A DNA stretch of 64,000 nt from NCBI GenBank assembly GCA_010093995.1, contig ML992504.1, forward strand, positions 868,001 through 932,000, read 5' to 3'. The notes beneath the pieces are model-generated. The model worked only from the letters and a program-made list of their open reading frames with translations, searched no databases and had not been told where the DNA came from. The position numbers were made by a program, and so were the translations under genes. Positions 41,550 through 52,569 of this stretch are shown here, piece by piece; position 1 is the first letter of the stretch; the number at the start of each line of letters is the position of its first letter. Origin of the DNA: Elsinoe ampelina (lineage: Eukaryota).

Positions 41550-44200
41550 AGGTTAACGCTACTATAGTATAATCCTTAGCTTCGTATATATTCTATATCT
41601 ATAATCTCTTTCTTTATCCCTAGCTATATACTTTAAGTATATAACACTTACGTTAATAGTTACGTTAATAGTTATATTTAGCTAAGAAAGAGTAGATATA
41701 TTCTAGCGTTAAAGTGTATAGAGTTAAGGCTAGTCTCGATATATACTCTTTAGGCAACTAATACCTTTAACTCTTCTTTCTTATCTATTACTATATTAGC
41801 TATATTATACTACTTCTATTAATTACTAACCTTAGTTAATACAAGATAGATATTATAATTATTAAAGTAAGTAAGCTTAGCCTCGTTGCTCTCTTAGTAC
41901 TAGGTAATATACTATATTAGTTAGTTAAAGTTATTTAAGCTAAAAGGGTAAGGGGACTTATTATATATATAAGCGGAACTACTCTCTACCTCTTAATCTT
42001 CTTATTATACTTAGTGTTCCGGCTAGTTAAAGCTACTAGAATTGCTATTAATACTTCTATTCGGGGGTTAATATAGAACTTGTATATATACTATTAGAAG
42101 TAGTAACCTATTTCTACTTTATATAAGCTATTAGTCTAAGAGCTATAAATGTTTCTTCTAGCTATATCTCTTTTATATCTATTGTCTCTAATGTTTCTAG
42201 AAGCGGGAAGTGCTAATACTAATAGTAGAATAAAGATTATAAGAAGAACTAGTTAAGACTTAATTAAACTTTCTAATATCTTAGTAATATAGAGCTCCTT
42301 ACTATTTAAGGTATCTTTACCTTTGTTTACTCTAACCTTACCTACCTTGTCCTTCTAGTTATTATTAATATTAGTTAAGGAGAATCTACTATTTACCCCT
42401 AAAGGCCCTTATATAGTAGAGTAGATAGAGAAATTAACGTTGTAAGTTATATAGGGGGAGATATATATAGTAATAAAACCTAGTTTTCCCTTTAGACGTA
42501 ATTACTATTATTAGGCGCTAACTATCTTTAAGTCTTAAAGAGGTTATAGGCCTATTCCTTAGATAGCTTTCTACTAGCCTTATCTATCTACGTCTTAGTA
42601 TAGTAAAGCTACTTATTTACTTATAGTAATTAAGAGCGAAACTTAACTATAGCTAAACTCTACTCCGAGTAGCCTAGTAGATATATAGAACCTTAGTATC
42701 TCTAAGTACTTTTATTTACTTAGGGTATAGGCGAAGATAATAGTATTTATAGTATAAATAATAAGACATCTACTAAATCCCTTATAGCGCTATAGAGTAA
42801 ATACTATTATAGTTCTTATCTAAATCGCTATAGAAATATAATTTATAAATATAACTAAGCTATATCTACGAGGGTAGTAAAGTAAGGAAATTACTTATGT
42901 TACTAAAGTAGTAACTCTATAACATTACTTATACTATTACTATCTTACGTAAAGGACTTCTATATAAATAAATTTTAAAAAAATAACTAGTCGAATTAGA
43001 GAGGTATAATTATAGCTTTACTATAATAGCTAACTTAAGCGTCTAATTATACTAATAGATCTAGTTTAGCGCTACGTAGAATAGACGTAAGGACAATATT
43101 ACTATAGTTTAATACTTTACTAGTTAGTAAGATTTATCTATTTTAAAAGCTACTTCGCTAGTAAACTAGAACTCTCGTAGACTAGACTTGTCTATCTACC
43201 TACTATACTTTTAGCTAATAGTCTTATACTACTTAGGGGCAATAACTATATTATTTTATTAGCTAGTAAGTGTCTTAATATCTAGTAAAGAAAGTAATAC
43301 TCCTTAGCTACTATATTAGTAATATTACTATTTAATCTTTCTAATTATAAACGTATACTACTTTTATTTCTATAAGTAGTAAGTTCTAAACTAGGTAGTA
43401 ATAAGGACGCCTCTTAATTCCGATATTAGCTATATAGGCTAATCTAGTTTAACACTAAACTAGATAGCGGTCTATACATTAGTAGTATATCTAGAAATAC
43501 TATTTTAATATAGTAGGTCCCTTTAGAGTTTGCTTATATAGTTAATGTTCTTTAATCTAATTACTATACTATAGTAAGCTACTTAAGATCTATAATTTAA
43601 GTAGAGGAATAGTAAGGACTTTAGAATTGTCTTCTACGAGGCTACTATAAAGGAGGTATTTTAATATAGCTAGGGAATTATAATATACTAAGATATATAC
43701 TCTACTATTTTATATCTAAAAGCGAAGAAATAGTAGTAAGACTTACTCTAGTTTAGTATAAGATCTACTACTATAAATCTATCGGGAACTTAGCTTTTAG
43801 TAGTAGATCTAGTTTAGTTATAATTTATACCTTAGTAGATACATTAAGGAATTTTTAGACTAGTATATTACCTAAGTCTAGTATTTAACAAACTTCTAAG
43901 TCTAAATAATTAATAAGGCTCTTATCTCTCTTTTCTCTTTATCTAACTTATATATACTTTACTTCTTATTTACTCCTATATATACTATAACTCTAAGAAT
44001 AGTTCTTCCTCTTTATCCTTAAATTCTATAGTCTTACGTCCTTCTCTATTACTCTTTACTAATATAACTTAATAACTCTTCCTTATATCTTTTAGTATTA
44101 GGTCCCTTAATTTTGCTATAATTCTGTCTATAAATAAGAGGTTATTTCTATTAGAGGTATTATAATATAGAGTTAGGCTCGAGGTATCTTAATATAGTAA
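41550..44200 (-). pseudogene. Second, divergent SNF2-like gene (degenerate motifs); limits approximate
   Basis: Shares module B with helicase 1. Upstream, at equivalent spacing, are possible degenerate motif I (GFMVAD....GKS, ~43780-43740) and Ia (IVIAP, ~43250-43235). Motif II was not recognisable. Confidence 0.5.
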
Positions 44201-46559
44201 GGAGAGTTATTTATTATATATAAAGTCTATTTCTAAACCGAGTAGATTATTATTATTTAAAGGAGCTTACTATCTAGTTTAGTATCTATAGAGGTTTACT
44301 AGGATAATTAGCTATAAATAGTATTAACTCTACTAAAGACCTACCTTAGATATAATATAGTAACTTTAATATGTCTTCTATATCTCGACTAAGGATAAGG
44401 AACATCTTAACCTTTCTAGCTAGTAGGTAGATATAGGAGTAGTTGATAGCTCTAGTAAGGTCTATATTATCGGTAATAAGATCTATATCGTCTAGGTCGT
44501 TCTAGCGTATAAGGAATAGCTTAATATTCTATTTTCTATAAATACTATTCTTATTAATAGCTCGCTAGATCTTCTTAATAGATAGCCTCTTTATACTAGG
44601 TAGATTAATGTTGTTTATAGATATACTCTTTATGTATTTAAGCTTAGTAGTACTATACTATTAATCGGAGGCGACACCTATAAGCTAAATAATAATCTAT
44701 TAATAGTTAGGTATAATATCTAGTTATATCTATTCTATATTATAAGCTAGAGTCTCCTTAAAAGGTAGTAGAGCGTAATTATACATATTGTTACTAGTTC
44801 TAAGCTATAACCCTCTATAATTAAGTAATAGTAGTGCGCCGCCTAAACTATAAGGTCGCTTAGGTATTATTATATCTAGCATATTAGGTAGGCTACTCTA
44901 TCCTATAGTCCTTTTCTTCTTTCTAAGTAACTTAGATCTATAATTTTTATTCTATAGTAAGAAGATCTATATAGCATATTTAGTATTAAAGTCTTTATTG
45001 TTTATGCCGCTACTAAAGACATACTTCTTAAACTAGTTAAAATCTTAATAACTAAGACAATAGACGAAAAGATTTTATACTTTTCTAGAACTATTATTAA
45101 GAATGCTCTTAGAGCTCTTTCTAACCTTATTATACTCTTACGAGCGGGATATAGACTTATTAATAAGAACATTAAGGCCTTACTTCTTACCTTATTTATA
45201 GAAAATGTCTATAGTAGTGTTACTTACCTCTTTAAAGTTATTCTTACTCTAGTTAAAGTATGCTATCTAGAAATCCTTAGCGAAGGTATTATACTTTATA
45301 AGCTCTAATATAATATTATCCTTAGTCTAGTCCTTTACGTCTCGCTTACAGCTTTCGAGTAATAGACGTTTTATTACTAAAGCTATACTTAATATAAGCT
45401 CTTAAATAAATTAGTAAAAGAGTAAGTAAGTATCGGAAGAATAATAACTATATTAAATCTCTAGGCTAAGAACTATAAGATTAATAGATAATTATAAGTA
45501 TTAGGTTTACTAATATAGTAAAGGTATATATATAAGGTGTTTATCGCAATAAAGAGTATACTTTTCTTTATACCTAAAACAGACAAAAAGCATACGCTAG
45601 AATAGGTTAGTGCTCTTTATGCCTATTAATATCTAGTTAGTAAGCCGAATTAAACTCTAGAGATCTAGTTCGTAAAGCTAGCGCTTTTATATATTAGGTA
45701 TTTCTTACTTAAAACCCCTACTACTAGTGATTTTACAATACGTACTATAGTTAATATAGCTTATACTTTAATACAAAAGAGTAGGATAAGAAGGTAATAC
45801 AAAAAGAATAATAGCTTTATACTATAGTTCTCTACGTATATAGAAAGGAGAGGTAGTAGTAATAGAAGCTAGAAGAGTAGTATACTATAGATATACTATA
45901 GCTAGAGCGTAATTACGACCTAGCTTACTCTATAGTTCTATCTAGATTTAAAGTAGATATAAAAGGGAATATAGAAAAGATAGACTATAATAATATATAG
46001 CATTAGAAGACACTATACGCTAGCGACGCTAAACCTTATAATGTTCTCTATACTTAGTAATATTTACTAGGTAGTATAAGCACTATTACTATAGTATATA
46101 AGCACTAGTTAGAGCGTTAAGATTAACTAGATAAAGAATAATATTTCTAGTCTAGGTAATTACTAGCTTAACTAGTATACTATCTATTATCTATAGCCTT
46201 TCCTCTCTACTATAGGTATACTAATCTATTAGTAGAGTATAGTATAGCTAGAGTAAGTATTCTATTCTACTCCTTCTAGCCCTTTAAGTTTGCTATATTA
46301 TATACCTTCTAGTCTATATATGTTTGTCCTTTTATCTACCCCTTCCTAGAAAGTATAGGCCTATCTAGACAAAGGTTAAGTAGAAGTAGATAACAAAGTA
46401 AGTATTAAGCTATTAAACTAGATAGCCTCGTAGTAATATAAATAAGAGTAAGTAAATAACTTTTATAAGTTTCTTTTATTAGGTATAACCTTTTACTTAA
46501 TATTAGAGAATAGCAATAATAGGTAATAGTTTAGGTAATAATAGAGCCTTAATAGACAG

Positions 46560-49500
46560 TAGACGAATAATTAAGGCAGGACATAATTATAAATTAGCTA
46601 AGTCTAATTAACATTATACTTACTTTATAACTCTACCTCTACTATAAATCTGTTTACTTTACCCTTATACTCTCTAGTAGCTATTATTAGCTATAGATAT
46701 ACTAAGTAAGATTAGGCTACGTAGTACTCTTTTACTACTCTAAATAATTCTACTACTTTCTCCTTAGCTTTAATAGTAGCTATAATAACTCTATTCTATC
46801 GAGATAATTAAAGACAGCCTAGGCCTAGACAACCGAGGGTATAAGGAGATATATAGCTTAATTAAGACTATTATATCTTAAAAGAGAATTATTAGAAAGA
46901 CATTTAGATCTATATTAGACAAGGTATAGATCGAAAGGGAGATACTCTTATTAGTACTTAATATATATCTTATAAAGACAAAGTTTTATAGTACTACTAG
47001 TTATATAGAGATAGATAATAGGCAAGTAGCATTCTAAGCGCTTATATATAAGATAAGTATAAACTTTCGATGTAGATAGTAGTAATAGTACTATTATAGC
47101 AACTAGTATAATACCTCTTTTGTCCCCTACTATAGTAGGACTAGTAATATATTAAAGGCTATCTCTTTTAAAGACTTATATTCGCTGCCGAGATACCTTA
47201 AAGATTAACTTAATAAGATGTTACTCGTAATGTAGAAAGATAGAGAAATATGCCCTATCTACTCGCTATAAGATATTATAGAATATATATTATCTAGGAT
47301 TAATACTAATAGTACCTTTAATCTAGACTAGTAAGTATTCTCCTTAATACTTTTAGATAACTATTTTTTCGATTATTAGGAAGATAGATTAGGCTAGAAG
47401 AATAAGTAAATATCTAAATTCGCCGTTATTAAGAATACTATATAGCTTAAGGTAGTTATTCTATTAAAGTAGTTATATAACTAGCCTTTACTTATCTATA
47501 TTAAAGCTAAGAGTAATAAACATTAAAAGCTACTACGGATAAGGTATATTTATTAAAGACATAGAAGAGTAGAATAACTATATCTATAATATTACTATAG
47601 CTAAACTAGATCGATCCTATCTAGTTTACCTTTCTTAAACCTAGAATATCTCGACCTACTAAGAGCTTATTAACTTCTATACTATTTAGCTCTATATAGA
47701 AGCTATAGTTATAGCTACCTCCTACTCTTCGCTTTTATCGCTATTATAGTCTAAGTTATATTCTAACTACTTCTTTACGTCCTTAGCTACGCTCTTAAGA
47801 GAGTTAAAGGTATAGTGTCTACTACTAATAGTATAGTCTATCTTATTATTTAGAGCAATAAAGTCCTTTATACTAATGCCTCTAGATCTAGAAATGTCAC
47901 TTAGGCTTCTATACTCTCGGTACTATATTCCTAGCTACTCTAAGATTATACTAAGATTAGTTAGACCTTACTTCTTAAGGTACTCTTTAGTAGCCTTAAA
48001 ATGTATCTTCTAGCACTACCGCTAGTAATTCTCCTATTTATTACTAGGACTTATATTTAGATAACGTTATTTAGGACTTGCTCTTTATACTTACTATAAC
48101 TTAAGGTAACCTAAGATTACTAGGCATTAAAGAAGCTATGTCTTATATCTCCCTTACTAACCTAGCTATTCCTCTTAAGGTTACTAACAATAGAGTTATT
48201 AAGATTATTAATGTATATCTACTCTATCTACTACTAAGTGTCTACTAATATAACACAATAGTAGTTCTATTTAAGTATACTAAGTAGTAAATCCTTACTA
48301 CTATTAGTTATAATACTTATATTGTCTATTAGCTATAGAATAAACTCTTCTATGCTATTTATATTATTATATACTATATTACCGGAAAGACTAATAAGGC
48401 TTTTATCGAAGTAGATAGTAAAGAGCTACCTTACGCTAAGGCGAATAAATATCTAAAGATTTTTTAGTATCTACTTTAGTATCTACTTTAGCTATCTAGT
48501 TCGTATACCTCCCTAGAAACTAGATAAACTAGACTAGGTCCCTAATATATATTACTAAGCCGAATACCTAACTCTATATATAGTTTCCTTATATATCTAT
48601 TAAATTCCTATACTTATAAAGGTTTAGTATAATAGGCTAGACCTTATAAATTACTTATCTACCTCGATTTATATATATAAGGATAGACATAGTTCCTAAT
48701 AACGTTTAGTATATACCTCTTTCTAATTCTATAAGCCCCTATCTAGGTTAGCTAAGATATATCTTACTTTTTCTAGATAAAGAGAAGAGTAACTAGGGCA
48801 GCTATCTCCTCTTTCTAGCCTCTAACCCCTCGCCTATATAGAATAGTACTAATAAGACAGGTTACTAATGTAGGGATATAGCTCCTCCTAAGTTCTCTAG
48901 TATTATTAAGGCTATTTAGGTATATAAGGAACTACTATAAAGCCTTACGTAGAGGCTTATTAACTTAGAATAGCGCCTATATATCGTAGTAGAGAGTACT
49001 ACTTATTGCTCCGAAGAACAACTAGTATATTATAACAGAGTTTACTAGCTATATAATCTAATACTACTAGTATACTACTACCTTATCTATACGTTAGAGA
49101 AGTATTTAGTATAGTACTAGAGAAGTAGGGGATAGGCTAGAGGTTAACTAAGAGTAGGTTAAGGAATAGTATAAGATTAAGCTCTACGAACTAGATATCC
49201 TACCTAGATCTAGTTTAGCTCTAGTATCTAACGTCCTAGATAAGCTTACGAATAGGCTCCTATATAGTACTAAGTCCTAGGATTAAGTAGAAGAGTTAAT
49301 ATAGAAATAAGTGTCTTATAATATAGTATAGCCTTCTCCTATTTACTATAAAATGCACTATTATAGTCTAATACTATCTAAGCTATTAGTTAATATTACT
49401 AAAGCCTATACTATTTCGAAGAAGTAAGGAGACAACTAGTAATTATAGTAGCATTAGTAATATAATTACCCTTATGCTATTATACTAAGACCTAATCTAT

Positions 49501-52000
49501 TTCGTAAGGCAAAGTAGATACAATAAGCTAGTTAAACTAGAGAAAGAGCATAATAGCCTTATAGTATAAGATTAGCTAGATATAACTACTATCCCTATAT
49601 ATAGATTTAATAACTCTATTAATTAGAGAGCTACTAAAATTATTTATAGATTAAGCTATTATACTTTTGTCTACTATTAAACACTGCTAATAACTATAAG
49701 TAACTATATATAACTATCTTAACTTACTAATATACGTGTCCTACTAATCTAACTACTATAGCTAGATATCTAGTTATATCTAGCGAAAGACTAAGCAATA
49801 ATAAAGAAGAAGATAAGAGCTTCTATAATTTAACCTCGATAGGTAGTTTATAATAGAGAAAAATATAAGCTTATTACTATCTTCCGAAAGCCTATAGCTA
49901 ATAGTATAAGAACGATAAGTACCTATAGCTATAAATAGCAACGACCTACTACCGATAGTAATATTAACTCTTGTCTTTAAACTAAAAGCCTCTATAATCT
50001 ATAGGTAGAAGGTTTAGGGGAGATAGATATTAATACTAAGTTTTAAATCTCTACTAGTATATAAGACCTTACTATTAACACTATTACTCTCTTAAATATA
50101 GTTACTATAACTAGAGTAATAGGGTATAAGAATATAAACCTAATAGTAGACGAAGAGTAGTATAAGCGTAGTATTATCTACTACTAGTAATAGACTAGAA
50201 CTTTATATATAGAGACTAACTCTAAGAAGAAATATCTATTAGTCTCTTTCTTAAAGGTTATAGAAAAAGTAAGTCTAGTTTATACTAAGGTATAGTAGCT
50301 AAATAACAAAGTAGATTAGAGAAGTATTATATAAATATTATAATAGTACTATAGACTATATTAGGAGAGCTATAGAAGTATAGCTAGAGAGTTAAATACG
50401 GAGCTTAACTAAGACAATAGAATAGGTAAAGAAGTAGCTAGAGAATAGTAGCTATAAATATAAGGACGGGAAAGTAGTAAGTATATTCTTTACCTACCCT
50501 AATACTAGGTTATTTAGTAGATTAGGACAGAAGATATTTAGGTAGCCTCCTCGTTACTACCTTTAGTACTACTTACTATAGATATTATAGTCTTATACTA
50601 CCTCTAAGAACAAGGTAGTACTTTATCTCTCCTTTTGTTTTTCTTATTATATTACTCTTAGTAACTATCTATAATGTTTTATTTATTATATCCTAGGGAT
50701 TCTCCGGCTTAAATAAAGATCTCTAGCTAAGATATAATTGCTATAACTTTATTAATCTATATAAGCTCTTCTACTAAATCGACTATGCCTTTCGTTTATA
50801 ATATAAAGGTTAAAGATTAAGGCTTATATAGAAGCTAGGTCGAAGAATAAGTAATCTAGCTAACAGTCGATATAACCTATCTTAGAGGATAATTATTAAG
50901 AGTAATATCGCCTTATACGCTAATATACTTAATAGACTAGAAGATAACAGCGAAGAAGATACTTCTATACTGTCTTAGATAGAGCTAAAGAAGGCAAAAC
51001 ACGCAACTAACGGAATAGATAAGATAGAGTATATATTAATAACTCTTTAATGTAAGTAACAACGTAGAAGGTATATATATTAACTTATATAATAATAGTG
51101 CCTTATATAATATCTTAACCTACTTCGCTTCCTAGATAAGCTAGTTTATATATCTACCTCTTATCTCGAAATACTAAGTAGTATAGGTAGTTTATCTAGT
51201 ATATAGATAGGCCTACCTATAATAATAAGTACCCCTTACTAATCTACTTTGCTACTAATTAATTCTAGTTTATATTACTATTCTCTAACGACATAAGCGC
51301 TAAGTAATTATAGAATTACTATCTAACAAGGAGTATAGAGAGATAGGTTTAAGTAACCTTAGACTAGCCGGTAAGTTCTATACTAAGTTTATAGCTCCTA
51401 AACTATGCCTGCTTATTAGAATAGCCTTAGTTATAAGTATAGCTACTCCTATAGTAGCTATAGATAAAGAGTAGAAACAACGTAGAAGATACGTAGATAG
51501 TAGATTAGAGGTAATCTACTATATAGTAATAAGTATAATATCGAGGAAGTTATAGACTACTATCTTAACTATAGTCTTAAAGTGACTTAGCCCCGTAGAT
51601 AATCGTATACTACTATAGTATAAGGTTAAGAGAGATAGAGGTAGAGGAGATTAGATAGTTAAATAGAGTAATAAGGTGTTTAACGAGCTAGCCTTTAAGG
51701 AGCTAGTACGCCTATAACGCCTCGTAGGGAAGAGTAAGCTATTTATGTCTATAGAGCGTATTAGTAATAATATATACTACTCTCTAATTAATAATTAATA
51801 CTCTATATTATCTATCTATATCTAAGACTGTCTAATATAGAACAACCTCTACACTAAATATGTTAAGTCTATAAAATACTAAGGCGAAGTAGATAATTAG
51901 CCTTACGAAGTAGGTAGCTATATATTACACTAGTACTAGCTATAATATAGAATCTATATTAGCTTACGAAGTAGACCTATGTTTATGTTGCTATAATAGC
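46560..52000 (+). pseudogene. Several unidentified RIP-degraded cargo ORFs in the right arm of the Plavaka element
   Basis: Protein-like de-RIP frames, e.g. EMIKDSLGLDNRGYEEMYGSIETIM (~46801) and RDIAPPEFSGIIEAIQVHKELLQSLTQRL (~48872). No family recognised. Confidence 0.35.
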
Positions 52001-52099
52001 TAAACTAGTTCGGTTAGTATAGTCTGCCTTTTATAACTTTATTTATACTTTCGTAGCTCTTAATTACTATATATAGTAATATAGACAGTAACAACAAGG

Positions 52100-52274
52100 A
52101 CTACTAGTAAGACTAGTAAGCGCTAGGGCGATTAGTAAGACTAGCGAGCGCTAGGGCGATTAGTAAGACTAGCAATAGTTAAGACATAGAGCGAGCTAGA
52201 AATACTAGAAATACTAGAACTACTAGCGATCGCTAGTAGTTCTAGCGTTTCTACGCCCTAGGATTTTCGTAACG
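52100..52274. repeat. Right subterminal repeats and right TIR
   Basis: About 2.5 copies of a ~28 bp unit (tagtaagactagYRagcgctagggcgat), ctagaaata repeats, a perfect 32 bp palindrome at 52214-52245, and a TIR ending ...ggattttcgtaacg at 52274. Confidence 0.88.
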
Positions 52275-52569
52275 TTAGAAATATATTAATTATAGATATA
52301 AGCTCTATAGTTAAAGTATCTAATATAGGTTAATAAGACTAATCTATTATTATTAAGAAGATCTTTCTTTAATTCTTATATAAGGATCTTTTTTATTTTA
52401 GTATAAGTAATTCTATTATTAATATAAATTATAAATTCTACTAATAGGTACTAGAGTTTAAAGAGTACTTTATAGTTAATAAAGATATATTTTATTCTAA
52501 AAATAATAGCTTTATTAGTAGCTTTAAACTCTCTATTTTAATATTAAGTATTAAGTATAGAGATATTCT
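52275..52569 (-). mobile_element. Continuation of the copia element (integrase core) beyond the Plavaka insertion
   Basis: De-RIP IHIDNG (~52430-52412). RAYIHDQHIP reads in frame into KLYKFWAE at 30625 when one TT is kept. Confidence 0.75.

Larger units (their letters stand above)
30626..52274. mobile_element. Giant (~21.6 kb) Plavaka-type (CACTA/EnSpm-related) TIR DNA transposon with cargo genes
   Basis: Left end CGTTACGAAAATCCTAAGCCTAGAAAGCTAGAACTACTAG; right end (reverse complement) CGTTACGAAAATCCTAGGGCGTAGAAACGCTAGAACTACTAG. TT flanks both sides, and removing the element rejoins the copia integrase. It contains a Plavaka transposase relic. Confidence 0.88.

Noticed and set aside
46560..52000. 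TET/JBP dioxygenase cargo
   Set aside because: I looked for it because of the known Plavaka association but could not recognise the motifs. RIP damage means absence is not proven.
52100..52180. CRISPR-like repeat array
   Set aside because: Head-to-tail tandem units without unique spacers in a eukaryotic TE terminus.
30626..52274. Starship element
   Set aside because: No tyrosine-recombinase captain motif was seen at either end. Symmetric TIRs, a 2 bp duplication and Plavaka motifs fit a DDE-type TIR element.
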